Source: a virus (lineage: Duplodnaviria > Caudoviricetes). From it: DNA of 59,254 nucleotides. The DNA lies in the IMG/VR virus record IMGVR_UViG_3300023097_000063, positions 1-59,254 of that record, one strand, 5' to 3'. This document shows positions 26,483 through 35,923 of this stretch, piece after piece. The translations under genes were made by a program, and so were the position numbers. The notes beneath the pieces are model-generated. The model was not told where the DNA came from. It was given only the letters and a program-made list of their open reading frames with translations, and did not search any database. Each line of letters begins with the position of its first letter. Position 1 is the stretch's first letter.

Positions 26483-29400
26483 CAGACACTCCTCGGCTTG
26501 GCCAGGACCTTACGGGCCGTACGCCGCTGCGTGTCCTGCGCGGCGGTGGTGGCCAGCGCGGTGAACCGTTCGGTGCCGAACTGCGCCACGACCGTCACCG
26601 GCCCCATCGCCCGCTGCTCCGCATGACCACCCCTACCACCCGGCGCCGGCACCGCCGACTGAATCACATCAGCGACCTGCGTGACCGTCCTGCGCACATC
26701 GGGGAGCTCCGCCTCGAGGCCTTGGTCGGCGCCCTTCAGGAAGTTGACGCCGGCGGCTTTGGCGAGTTTCGACGGGGACGCGTTCCCGAGGGCCGAGTTG
26801 AAGAAATCGACGATTCCGGTGCCGATGTCCCGGACGTAGCCGAACAGGCGGGGGACCATCTCGCTGATGCCGTTGATGAACCCGGTGATCAGGTTCTTGC
26901 CGGCGGTGACCATCGACCCGGTGAGGTTCGAGAACAGGCCGGGTAGCTGCCCCAGGAGGGTGCCGATGTCGCGGAGTGCCTGCAGGAGGCCGCTGGTGAC
27001 GGTGCCGATGAACCTGCCGACGGCGGCGGCGGCCGCGCCGATCGCGTCGATCAGCCCCCGGAAACCGGAGACGATCGCGGCGACCGTGAGGGGCACGAGG
27101 TTGAGGGTGAACATCAGCGACTGGAAGACGATCTTCAACGCGCCGGACTCCGTCGCCCACTTCAAAATCGCGGTGACGGCCTCGAGGATGAGCACGATCA
27201 ACGGGGTCAGGATGGGCAACATCTCGGTGAACGCGACTACCAGGGCAAGCCACGATTCGACCAGCGGCGGCAGGAGCGGCACCAACGACGCGAACACCTG
27301 CAGCAGCAGCGGGGCCAGCGCAGTGGCGACCTCGAGCAGCGGCGGGATCAACGCCAGAAAAGCTTCGACGAGCTGCGGCAGGTAGGGGATAAGGGCGGTG
27401 AGGAGCTGGGTGCCGAACTCGAGGAACGCCCCGGTCATCTGAACGAACAGGTCGATGATCTGCGGAATGTACGGGATCAGCGCCTGCAGGGCGACGATCA
27501 GCTGCGCGGACAAGGCCTGCGCGAACTGGACCAGAACCGGAACCAGCTGCGTCAACAGGCCGAGGAGTTGCGGGGCGGCGGCCAGGAACGCCTGCGCGAT
27601 CGCCTGCGCCACCTGCAGAATGACCGGCACCAAAGGTGCGAACGCCTGTGCCAGGTCAAGGCCGAGCTGGACGAAGATCGGCAGCTCCGTCGCGATGAGC
27701 TGGGTGATGATCGGCAGGAACGTCTGCAACGCCTGCGTGAACGCGTCCGCGAACAGCGAGATCAGCGGGCCGAGCGTGACGGCCATGTTCGTCAGCGCCC
27801 CGGCCAGCGCCACCAGGACCGTCGTGGCCAGTTGCGCCAGCAACGGCAACAGCGGTGCGACAGCGGTCAGCAGAGCGGCGATCGCCTGACCGACCGGGAA
27901 CGCCGCCGGGATCAGGTTCGTCAGCGCGGCACCGACCGCCTCCAACACGGCCGTCAGCGCCGGCGCGAGCGCGACGATCAGATTCCCGAGGATCGTCGCG
28001 AGGGGCTGGAACACCACGGCGAGGGCGGCGATCGCCGGCGCCAACGATGCCAGCGGCGCACCCAGCGACGCGAGGGCGGGCCCGAGCGCCTGGACCACGG
28101 TGACGAGTGCGGGGCCGACAGCGATCGCGATCTCCGCGAACGCCCCCGCCAACGCCGGAAGCTGCGCGACGACGGCCTCGAGGACGGGGAAGAGGGCTTC
28201 GACGACCCGGTTGACCTCTTGGAAGAACCCGACCAAAGCTTCCTGCCCGGCGGTGGAGGACAGGAAGCCGTTGAGCTGGTCGAGGAGGATCGTGAAACCC
28301 GATCCGTTGATCGTCTCCGCTGCGGTGAAAATCGACTTCAGGATCCCGAACACGTCTGCCGCGACGGCCCCGAACGCCTTCAACACCTCGATCCCGTTCA
28401 GGATGATCTGCTCGAGCTGCCCCGACGCCGCCAGATCGGACACGTAGCCGGCGAACCGTGCGATCGCATCCCCGGCGCCCTCGGTGATGGAGGTGAGAAC
28501 GCGGGCGCCGACCTCGGCCACATCCACCAGGGCGGTGATCAGGGGTGCGAACGCAGGAGTGAAGTTGTCCAGGGTCGCCCGCGCGGACGTGAAGATCGAG
28601 GCGAGGTCGAGTTTCACCGACTCCTGCCGTAGGGCCTGCAGGGAGGCGACGACCTGCCGGTTGATGACCTCGGCCAGCCCGGCGAACCCGGCGGTCGCGA
28701 CCGGCAGCAGCTGCGTACCGGTCTGCCGGAGCTCCTCCGCGACCCCGGCGAGGAGGGCTTGCTGGACGGTGCGCTGCAACCCCTCGTACACAGTCTTCAG
28801 CTGCAGGAGGGCCTCGACGACCTCACGCCCGGCCGGGGCCAGCTTCGCCATCGCATCAGCGGCCTTGTCGACACCGGCGGCGGTGCGCTCCTGCGCGGCC
28901 GCGAAAGCCTCCTCCGCCGCGATCGCCGCACGCTTCGCCGTCGCCAGATTCCGCTGCGCCTGCGCCTGCCGCTCGAGCGCATCCTGGACCAGGTCGGACC
29001 CTTCGACGCCCTTCTTGTTCGCGTCGGCCTGCTCTTTGGCGAGTTTCTTGATCCGCTTCTGGATGTCATCCAGACGGTCGGCGGCGTTGTCGTAGGCGAG
29101 CTGTGCCCGCTCCAAATCCTGGGCGGTAGCCTTCCCGGACTTGACGTCGGCCTGGACGCGGCGGAGTTCAGCCTCGGCGTCGGTGAGGTCGAGGATCGCA
29201 CCGCGTTCGTCACGCCGGGCGTCGTCGATGTCCTCGGCCCGGTCTGCGATCTGGTCCGCGGCGGTCTGGCGGGCGTCGTTGACGGCTTCGGTGGCCTTGG
29301 CGAGGTCACGTTCGGAGTCGGCCACCCGCTGGTTCGCCTGGACCAGGGTCTCCTGCGCGGCCTTGACCCGGCGCCCGTACTCGGCGGCGGACTCGCCTGC

Positions 29401-30207
29401 GGCGCTCTGGGCGCCAACGACGGCTTTGAGGGCGTCACCGACCCCCATCAGCCCGATCTTGAACGTGGCGATGACCGCCGCGGCGGTAGCGAGCACCCCC
29501 GGGATGATGAGGGCAGCGCCGGCGGCGTTGGCGAGTTCGACGGCGAACGCGGCCAGGAGCGGGATGGTCTGGGCCGCGGCTGCGCCGATACCAGCGATGC
29601 CGGTGGCGGTGACGGCGAGCCCGGCGCCGTAGCCGCCGGACAGGATCCGTGACAGCGGGCCGTCACCGAACCCGGCGCCGATCCTGAGGAAGTTCTGGAG
29701 TGCGGACGTGACCGCTGCCAGGGGACCTTTCAGCCCCGCTTGGAAGGCGTTGCCGAAGTCAAGGCCCGATTGGTTCCCGTGCCTGCGGGCAGAGGCGCGG
29801 AAGGCGTTACCGAAGCTGTCTCCGGAGGCGCCGCCCTCGGAGACGAACCTGCCACGGCCGTCGCGGAGGCGCCCCTGGGCGTCCCGGGTGAACTGCTCCC
29901 CGAACTGTGCCCCCGCGGCCCCGCCGGCTTGCCCTGCTTCATCCTCGATACCGGGGAGGCCGTCTTTGACGAACTTGCCGCGGGAGTCGCGTAGACGGCC
30001 GTTGGCGTCTTTGACGAATCCGTCCCCGAACGCCTGCCCGGAACGTTCACCGGACTTCGCGAAGTCGTCTTCGACGCCTTTGAGGTTGTCGTTGATCGTC
30101 TTCTGAAAGTTTTTGGTGGCGTTGTCGGCCGACTTTTTCATGTCGGCGGGGAGGGTGTCGTCGTCTACGCGGAGTTCGACGTAGACGACGTCTACGGGTT
30201 GGGTCAC
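26482..30207 (-). CDS. tape measure protein
   Basis: 1241 aa Ala/Leu-rich with coiled coil and periodic Pro repeats, ASPSK motif; after tail chaperones. Confidence 0.93.
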   Translation of the reverse strand: MTQPVDVVYVELRVDDDTLPADMKKSADNATKNFQKTINDNLKGVEDDFAKSGERSGQAFGDGFVKDANGRLRDSRGKFVKDGLPGIEDEAGQAGGAAGAQFGEQFTRDAQGRLRDGRGRFVSEGGASGDSFGNAFRASARRHGNQSGLDFGNAFQAGLKGPLAAVTSALQNFLRIGAGFGDGPLSRILSGGYGAGLAVTATGIAGIGAAAAQTIPLLAAFAVELANAAGAALIIPGVLATAAAVIATFKIGLMGVGDALKAVVGAQSAAGESAAEYGRRVKAAQETLVQANQRVADSERDLAKATEAVNDARQTAADQIADRAEDIDDARRDERGAILDLTDAEAELRRVQADVKSGKATAQDLERAQLAYDNAADRLDDIQKRIKKLAKEQADANKKGVEGSDLVQDALERQAQAQRNLATAKRAAIAAEEAFAAAQERTAAGVDKAADAMAKLAPAGREVVEALLQLKTVYEGLQRTVQQALLAGVAEELRQTGTQLLPVATAGFAGLAEVINRQVVASLQALRQESVKLDLASIFTSARATLDNFTPAFAPLITALVDVAEVGARVLTSITEGAGDAIARFAGYVSDLAASGQLEQIILNGIEVLKAFGAVAADVFGILKSIFTAAETINGSGFTILLDQLNGFLSSTAGQEALVGFFQEVNRVVEALFPVLEAVVAQLPALAGAFAEIAIAVGPALVTVVQALGPALASLGAPLASLAPAIAALAVVFQPLATILGNLIVALAPALTAVLEAVGAALTNLIPAAFPVGQAIAALLTAVAPLLPLLAQLATTVLVALAGALTNMAVTLGPLISLFADAFTQALQTFLPIITQLIATELPIFVQLGLDLAQAFAPLVPVILQVAQAIAQAFLAAAPQLLGLLTQLVPVLVQFAQALSAQLIVALQALIPYIPQIIDLFVQMTGAFLEFGTQLLTALIPYLPQLVEAFLALIPPLLEVATALAPLLLQVFASLVPLLPPLVESWLALVVAFTEMLPILTPLIVLILEAVTAILKWATESGALKIVFQSLMFTLNLVPLTVAAIVSGFRGLIDAIGAAAAAVGRFIGTVTSGLLQALRDIGTLLGQLPGLFSNLTGSMVTAGKNLITGFINGISEMVPRLFGYVRDIGTGIVDFFNSALGNASPSKLAKAAGVNFLKGADQGLEAELPDVRRTVTQVADVIQSAVPAPGGRGGHAEQRAMGPVTVVAQFGTERFTALATTAAQDTQRRTARKVLAKPRSV

Positions 30208-30548
30208 TCGGTCCTCCGTCTACGTCCGGCGCCGAGTGCGACGGCGGCGGCGAAGCTGCTGTTCGAGGCGTCGTCGTCGCTGCCAAACCACGCCGGACGG
30301 TATGCGGTGGGCCCTGTGGGAGGCGCGTTGGTGGTGAGGAGGGTGGGCGTGGCGGAGAGGGTGCGGTTCGCGTCGGCCATGTCCTCCTCTTTCGTCAGGG
30401 TCAGGATCCAGTAGTGGACGAGGTCTAGGAAGTCTTCGACAGGGAGGTCGAGCGGGTGGACGCCCTGCGCTTGGGCTTGGCCGTTGAACCGGTGCCAGAC
30501 GTCGCGGCGGGCGACGAGTTCGAAGAGGTGGCGGGTGATTCCAAAGGG
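30204..30548 (-). CDS. tail assembly chaperone, -1 frameshift extension (gpT-like)
   Basis: Slippery C-CCT-TTG at 30542-30548; -1 frame open (PFGITRHLFEL...LDLPVEDFLDLVHYW...RRRTE) to a stop overlapping the tape measure GTG. Confidence 0.8.
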   Translation of the reverse strand, partial: PFGITRHLFELVARRDVWHRFNGQAQAQGVHPLDLPVEDFLDLVHYWILTLTKEEDMADANRTLSATPTLLTTNAPPTGPTAYRPAWFGSDDDASNSSFAAAVALGAGRRRRTE

Positions 30549-30883
30549 CGGCCCGAATGCACCTCGGACAGCCAGTGGAACACCTGCATGAACTGGCCGA
30601 GGTCGATCGGGTTCGCTGATCCCTTCGACATGCGCGCCTTGAACGTGGCGGCGGATTCGGGGAGGAGGAGTCCGTCGACGGCGGCTTTGATCGCGTCGAT
30701 TGCGCCGGCTACCTGTGCGGGGTCGTTCTGGTCGATGCCGGAGAACTTGCCGCCGAGGGTGACGAGTTCCTGCATGACTTCGACGGGGACGGTTTCGTAG
30801 GCGTCGAAGTCGTCGGGGGCGATGGTGAAGTAGACGCGTTTGCGGGTCTTGGAGAAGTCTTTGAACGCTACGGAATCTGCCAT
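30425..30883 (-). CDS. tail assembly chaperone (gpG-like)
   Basis: Upstream of tape measure; WL.E..SGRPL then low-complexity tail after slippery site. Confidence 0.8.
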   Translation of the reverse strand: MADSVAFKDFSKTRKRVYFTIAPDDFDAYETVPVEVMQELVTLGGKFSGIDQNDPAQVAGAIDAIKAAVDGLLLPESAATFKARMSKGSANPIDLGQFMQVFHWLSEVHSGRPLESPATSSNSSPAATSGTGSTAKPKRRASTRSTSLSKTS

Positions 30884-30933
30884 GTGGGTGGTGTCGCTTT
30901 CCGGTGGGTGGTGATGTGGGCCCATCGTAGCTA

Positions 30934-31374
30934 TCAACGGGAGGTGCGTGCGGCTTCGAGTGCTGTGGTGAGGAAGTGGTTGGGTCGCATGCCGCGGGTG
31001 TAGCGGGCGTAGATGTAGCCGCCTGCGCCGCGCCAACGGAGGGCTTTGGCGCGGGTGGGGCGGATGAGGCGGCGTTTGGGCCCGTACAGGCCGGTGCCGT
31101 CGTGGACGTACCGGGCGTAGTGGACGTTGGAGCCGATGCGTACGGCGGGCCGTCCTCGGTAGGTGCGCAGGTCTACGGCGATCGACGACCGCAACCGGCC
31201 GGTGTCGATCCGGCGGGGTCCGGTCGGCCCGCCGCCGAGGTTGCGTTTCGCCTGCGACTGGACGCGGATACCGCGGCGTAACAGGTCACGGGCGAGGTTC
31301 CCGTTCGGGTTGTTGAGGGTGGCGTTGAGGAGGTTCCGGTTGAACCGGGAATTGGTGGTCGCCGTGATCCTCAC
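30934..31374 (-). CDS. HK97 gp10-like neck/tail-completion protein
   Basis: IDTGRLRSSI, SNVHYARYVHDGT, GMRPNHFL. Confidence 0.85.
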   Translation of the reverse strand: MRITATTNSRFNRNLLNATLNNPNGNLARDLLRRGIRVQSQAKRNLGGGPTGPRRIDTGRLRSSIAVDLRTYRGRPAVRIGSNVHYARYVHDGTGLYGPKRRLIRPTRAKALRWRGAGGYIYARYTRGMRPNHFLTTALEAARTSR

Positions 31375-31386
31375 CGCCGCGCCCCT

Positions 31387-31539
31387 CTACTTCTGCTTCG
31401 GGTCTGCGACGCCCGGGCAGGAGTGGGAGTAGGCGTTGACGTCGCGGGTCTTGCCGTCCTCCTTGAAGTTCTCCTCGACGTACTCGACCCAGGAGTGTGC
31501 GCGGTGGGGTGCGACGTTGGAGCAGGGTTTAGATGCCAT
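31387..31539 (-). CDS. 50-aa putative Zn-binding protein
   Basis: Not in track: MASKPCSNVAPHRAHSW...HSCPGV. Confidence 0.5.
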   Translation of the reverse strand: MASKPCSNVAPHRAHSWVEYVEENFKEDGKTRDVNAYSHSCPGVADPKQK

Positions 31540-31583
31540 CCGCCAATCATCGCACCGGCAACGGCAGCAGTACGCTCGGCCAC

Positions 31584-31910
31584 ATGACGACTTTCCCCGC
31601 CGCCGCCGGCACCGCTGAGCACGCCCACCTGATCGCGGAGGGGCGTCACACGGACGTCCACGACGCCCTGCAGTGGCTGACCTACGCCCACCTTCCGGAG
31701 GTACTGCGCCGGTTCTCCAGGCCGTTCTATCAGGCTGCGGCGTCTCTGATCATGGAGGTACGGACGGACAGCCCCGAGCTGGTCACCGCGTTGCACAAGC
31801 TGATCGAAGCGAAGGACTCCGCCGTCCGCGCGGGCATCCGCCACGACACCGGACGTGCCGGTTCTGTTCCGCGCCCTCAGGCGGTCGTGGAGCCGCCGCA
31901 GCTGGGCTGA
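31584..31910 (+). CDS. helical-hairpin protein, Acb2/Tad1-like (tentative), opposite strand, leaderless
   Basis: YAHLP..L...S.PF...A...ELVTALHKLIEAKDSAVRA; TACGCT ends 7 nt before ATG. Confidence 0.6.
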   Translation: MTTFPAAAGTAEHAHLIAEGRHTDVHDALQWLTYAHLPEVLRRFSRPFYQAAASLIMEVRTDSPELVTALHKLIEAKDSAVRAGIRHDTGRAGSVPRPQAVVEPPQLG

Positions 31911-31955
31911 CGTCTCTTTCTGCCAGGCTGGCAGCAGCTGGCAGGAGACCGGCAC

Positions 31956-32471
31956 CTACAAGCCGATGATGAACGGGGTAGAGAAACCCCCACACGCACC
32001 CTCAGGCCCCACCGGCTGCGACGCGTTCACCACCGAGTTCAGAATCAGGTTCTCGTCTTCCATCGCACGCAACTCCGACGCGAGGACACACCTGACGACC
32101 TCCGTGTCGACCACAGCGATCCGGGCCGCCTCATACAGCTCCACAACCAACGGCGTCTCGCCGCGGTTGCCGACGGTCGGCTGGCAGCGGGCCAGATGCA
32201 GGTTGTAGTCCTGCATCGGCGACGTGGCGCACTGCCCCTGCGCATTCGACCGCAGAGCTGTTGACGAGATCTCCACCGGGAACTGGGCGTAATCGGCGCG
32301 CCGGCCCATCGACAGGGCGAGGATGCCGCAGTCGCAGTCGTCGAGGGCGATCTCACCCCATGTCACCCCGGCCCGGCCAGGCCTGCCGCCGGACAGCGGT
32401 TCGGCGGCGAGGGCGTCCGCGACCGCTTCGACCAGGCGGACGCCGAGGTTGTAGAAGTGCTCCGGATTCAT
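31956..32471 (-). CDS. tail terminator-like protein
   Basis: Position; D.C.CG.L, ARC.P, GPEGACGG. Confidence 0.7.
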   Translation of the reverse strand: MNPEHFYNLGVRLVEAVADALAAEPLSGGRPGRAGVTWGEIALDDCDCGILALSMGRRADYAQFPVEISSTALRSNAQGQCATSPMQDYNLHLARCQPTVGNRGETPLVVELYEAARIAVVDTEVVRCVLASELRAMEDENLILNSVVNASQPVGPEGACGGFSTPFIIGL

Positions 32472-32473
32472 GG

Positions 32474-33706
32474 TCAGACCCCGACCGCACGGTACGACTG
32501 CGAGTTTCCGTCAAGGTCGTACACGGCGGACCGGGCCTGAAGCTTCGACGGGTTGAACAGCTTGATGAACCGGTCACTGTGGGGCAGGCCGACGAGCCCG
32601 GCGCCGAGGATCTCCGAATACTCGTTGAACGTCAGCGACACGCCCTGCCGGGTGATCTGCTGCACCCCGGCCGGGAGGGCGCAGGCGTCACCGGCCAACG
32701 AGCGGGCGATCTCACACGCGAGTTCCCCGACGGCGATCCGCCCGGTCATCGGGACCGGTTCGCCGTAGTCGGCGGTCACCGACCACGTCCCCACCTCCGT
32801 CGTCGGCAGGGTGAAGTTGTTGCAGGTCGGCCAGGCGCCGCCGTCGATCCGGACGAGCTTGCGGTAGTCGTGGACCTCGTACGCCGTCGGCGCCAGCACC
32901 TCCCCGTCGACCTTCACCTCGACCATCGCCGCGATCGGCCCGGGCAGGAGGGTCTCCTGGAGGACGGTGCAAGAGCATGAGCCGGCGCAGCCGCCGCAGC
33001 CGAGGTTGAACCACGTCCCGGCGATCCACGTCGGGTACGGGTACGAGCCGAACTCCCACCACCCGGCAGCCCGCGCCTGGTCGTCGACACAGGTAGAGCG
33101 GCAGGGGCGGAGCTGGACGCGGCACAGGCCGAAGCGCTGGGCGGTGAGCATCCACAGGATCTCCGACGCAGCCGTCAGGGCGGTCCCGGTCAACGACTGG
33201 GCTGCCGGGCTGAGGCCGACGGTGCAGGTGCCCCAGATCGGGTCCCAGTCGTCGCAGGGTCCTGGTGTGTACATGTCGTAAGGCTCCAGGGTCGCGACGT
33301 TGAGGGTGCCGGTTCCGGTGAAAGAGATCGTGGCACGCCGCACCACGCGCGCGGCCGCGAGGATCGTCCCCGACGTGGTGAAGGGGGTGAGGTCGGCTTG
33401 GGCGATGCGGACGGCGTTGGCGTTGATGTGGCCTTCGCCGTTGAAGACGATCTGGTTCGCGGGGATGACGTTCGCAGTGACGGTAAGCGTGCCGGTGCCC
33501 GTGAACGCGGTGCTTGCGGTGGCAACAGTTGTGGCGGCAACTGTGAGGGTGCCGGTGCCAGTGAACGCGGCCGCAGCGGTAGGGACGGTGACGGTGTTGA
33601 CGGTGAGCGTGCCCGCACCGGTGAACGTGGCCGCGCCGGTGACCGTGGCCCCGCTGGCGGTGTCGAGGGGGACCCGGTACAGGTAGGCGCCGAGAACACC
33701 CGACAC
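32474..33706 (-). CDS. head-to-tail adaptor with N-terminal Thr/Ala/Gly repeat domain
   Basis: C-terminal ASEILW..T..RFG.C...LRPC, GELACE, TRQGVS; N-terminal FTGTGTLTV repeats. Confidence 0.75.
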   Translation of the reverse strand: MSGVLGAYLYRVPLDTASGATVTGAATFTGAGTLTVNTVTVPTAAAAFTGTGTLTVAATTVATASTAFTGTGTLTVTANVIPANQIVFNGEGHINANAVRIAQADLTPFTTSGTILAAARVVRRATISFTGTGTLNVATLEPYDMYTPGPCDDWDPIWGTCTVGLSPAAQSLTGTALTAASEILWMLTAQRFGLCRVQLRPCRSTCVDDQARAAGWWEFGSYPYPTWIAGTWFNLGCGGCAGSCSCTVLQETLLPGPIAAMVEVKVDGEVLAPTAYEVHDYRKLVRIDGGAWPTCNNFTLPTTEVGTWSVTADYGEPVPMTGRIAVGELACEIARSLAGDACALPAGVQQITRQGVSLTFNEYSEILGAGLVGLPHSDRFIKLFNPSKLQARSAVYDLDGNSQSYRAVGV

Positions 33707-33709
33707 AGG

Positions 33710-34039
33710 TCAGCCGACCTTATGCACAGACCACGGGAACGCCCGCGATGATCCGCCGACCTGGGTGAGAGTGAACGTCCCCCCATACGGCCACGAGTAC
33801 GGGATCGACCTTGTGATCGGCTCACCCAGACCCGACGGGAACACCATCAACGAGACCACCCGCTCCGTACCGGCGGTGAGGGCTTTCTCTTTCGCCCGCA
33901 GCTCGACGACCTCAACACCGACCAGGGCGTTGACGTCGACGATGAGGATGTACATGCCGGCGGTGGTGGGGGCGTAGAGGGTGTGTTCGGTGCTGGGGGT
34001 GGCGGTCTGGGTGCCGTCGGAGGCTACGGTGACAGTCAT
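33710..34039 (-). CDS. virion accessory beta-sandwich protein
   Basis: Structural module, beta-rich. Confidence 0.6.
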   Translation of the reverse strand: MTVTVASDGTQTATPSTEHTLYAPTTAGMYILIVDVNALVGVEVVELRAKEKALTAGTERVVSLMVFPSGLGEPITRSIPYSWPYGGTFTLTQVGGSSRAFPWSVHKVG

Positions 34040-34040
34040 T

Positions 34041-34829
34041 TCAGTCCAACCCCATCACAGATACGGCCGGTCCGACGCCCGGGTTAGCCGAACTGGATTG
34101 CCAGCGCGCGGCCAGACGAACACCTGCAGGCAGGTTCAAGAACATGCCCATGAACGGTGCATACATAGACGTCGAAGCCGTACGGAAGAGGGCATTGGGC
34201 ATGACCACGACCTCTGAACCTGCCGGTCCGACGCCGAGATCAACCAAGTTTTGGGTGAGGGTGCCGCTACTGGTGAACGACATCATCAGTTCACAGAACT
34301 TGATCGGATGGGTCGTTGCCGCAACCAATTCCGTCCAAACGCTTTTGGTATTTGACGCCAACGTTCCGGTGTACAGACCCGTACCCGCACTGGAACCCGT
34401 GACCGTTCCGTAATCGGTCGCTCTAGCGAACGTGGGCAGATTCGGCGCGTACTGCAATCCCAGTTCAACAGACGACGACGTCGAAGTGATGCTGTTTTGT
34501 ACGCGTATTGCGATGCGCGATCCAGCGGGGATGAATACCGGCAGCCAATGTTCCAGAGTGCCGTCGTTACGGCCAGCAGCCAGGTTGGGAACGATGACGC
34601 GCTCCGAGCCAGAACCGCCCACCCCGATATCGAACAGCATCGCATTGGTGCTGACCGCAACGCGCTGGCCGAACGTTATGCCATGCGTATCGTGCGAGGT
34701 CGACGCCACGAGCTCAGCCCAGGCACCCTTGACGTTCACCGCACCAGGGGTGACAGTGGTGGCGCTGCTTGTCGCAGTCGATGTGCCCGCGGTGAAGGCC
34801 ATACCGGTCTGCGAAATCGTCCAGAGCAC
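34041..34829 (-). CDS. virion accessory protein with internal domain duplication
   Basis: Two copies: KGAWAELVAST/KSVWTELVAAT, DIGVGGSGSE/DLGVGPAGSE, IPAGSRI/LPAGVRL; lower GC. Confidence 0.65.
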   Translation of the reverse strand: MLWTISQTGMAFTAGTSTATSSATTVTPGAVNVKGAWAELVASTSHDTHGITFGQRVAVSTNAMLFDIGVGGSGSERVIVPNLAAGRNDGTLEHWLPVFIPAGSRIAIRVQNSITSTSSSVELGLQYAPNLPTFARATDYGTVTGSSAGTGLYTGTLASNTKSVWTELVAATTHPIKFCELMMSFTSSGTLTQNLVDLGVGPAGSEVVVMPNALFRTASTSMYAPFMGMFLNLPAGVRLAARWQSSSANPGVGPAVSVMGLD

Positions 34830-34852
34830 CAGCCACCCTCCCCCCTTCGTTT

Positions 34853-35227
34853 CTAGGCGACGATGAAGTCGAGGTCACCGATCGGGATCTCCAGGCTGTC
34901 ACCCGGGTCGATCGTCTTCGTGTACGCCTTCCACAGCAGCCGCACCGGCGGGCCCGCGCTGTCCCACACCTCCAGGCCGGCGACGTCATCGCCGGTGAGG
35001 TTGTCGAACCGGATCAGCGCCGAGTTCGACACGGCACCACCCGACACGGATCCGAAGGTGATGGTCTCGCGCGTGTAGCCGCCGCCGGTGAACTCGGTCC
35101 CCGGCGTCGACTCCGTCGGCACCGTCGATGTCAGCGCCAGCTGCAGCGGCCCGGTGGGCTGGGTGGCGGCGTTGTCGAGGATGAAGTTGGCGACCAGGTC
35201 CTCGGCGTAATCGGTGAAGTCAGCCAT
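34853..35227 (-). CDS. fibre/collar-associated virion protein
   Basis: YAE..., LAL...P, E..GGGY.R..ITF, SN...I.F, GD...IPIGDL. Confidence 0.7.
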   Translation of the reverse strand: MADFTDYAEDLVANFILDNAATQPTGPLQLALTSTVPTESTPGTEFTGGGYTRETITFGSVSGGAVSNSALIRFDNLTGDDVAGLEVWDSAGPPVRLLWKAYTKTIDPGDSLEIPIGDLDFIVA

Positions 35228-35237
35228 GCTCCGCCGC

Positions 35238-35891
35238 CTACAGCGGGACCGCGCCGGCGGTCACTGCCGGCGGGGCGGTGGTCGTGATGTTGAACAGGAA
35301 GTGCGTGTTCGAGTCCGGGACGTTCGCGCCCAGCCACGTCGGGGTGACCTCCGCCAGCCACGTCTGCCCGATCGCCTTCGTCGTCGACGTCGTCGTGAAC
35401 TCCAGCGCCGCGTTCTCCACGGTGAAATCACCGATCTGCGAACCACCCACATTCGGGAACGCCCAGTACACGTACTGAACCTCACCCGCCGCGTTACACG
35501 CGTTGAAGCCGGCACCACGCTGCCACAGCTCCAGGCTGTACCTGGTGGACAGGGGGCCCTCACCGAAGGCGATACCCGTACCCGTCACCCCGGAGGTGAG
35601 GAGCTGCTCGCCGGTGACGAGCTCGATCGCGTCCGGGTCGATCACACACCAGTTGATGTCCAGGGACACGTTCTGGAGTTCGGGGTCGTCGGTCTCGTTG
35701 ACGCACAGCGCACCGTCGGCGCGCCGGACCTCGATCGTCTCCGGGTCCGTGTACGACGGGCTGGGGGCGACGGACACGAATCCGGCGGTGACGAGCTGCG
35801 AGCCCGTACCCGACACCGGATTACCGCACGTGTCCAGCGCGATCAGCCGAATCACAGTCCCCTTGATCGGGGAGATGGTCCGCACAGCCAT
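35238..35891 (-). CDS. major tail protein
   Basis: G..IR...LD.CG, ADG.LC, DPDA..L.TG, LELW, EN....F. Confidence 0.8.
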   Translation of the reverse strand: MAVRTISPIKGTVIRLIALDTCGNPVSGTGSQLVTAGFVSVAPSPSYTDPETIEVRRADGALCVNETDDPELQNVSLDINWCVIDPDAIELVTGEQLLTSGVTGTGIAFGEGPLSTRYSLELWQRGAGFNACNAAGEVQYVYWAFPNVGGSQIGDFTVENAALEFTTTSTTKAIGQTWLAEVTPTWLGANVPDSNTHFLFNITTTAPPAVTAGAVPL

Positions 35892-35923
35892 CTAAGGGCC
35901 TCCTCAAAGGGTGATGTGACGTT

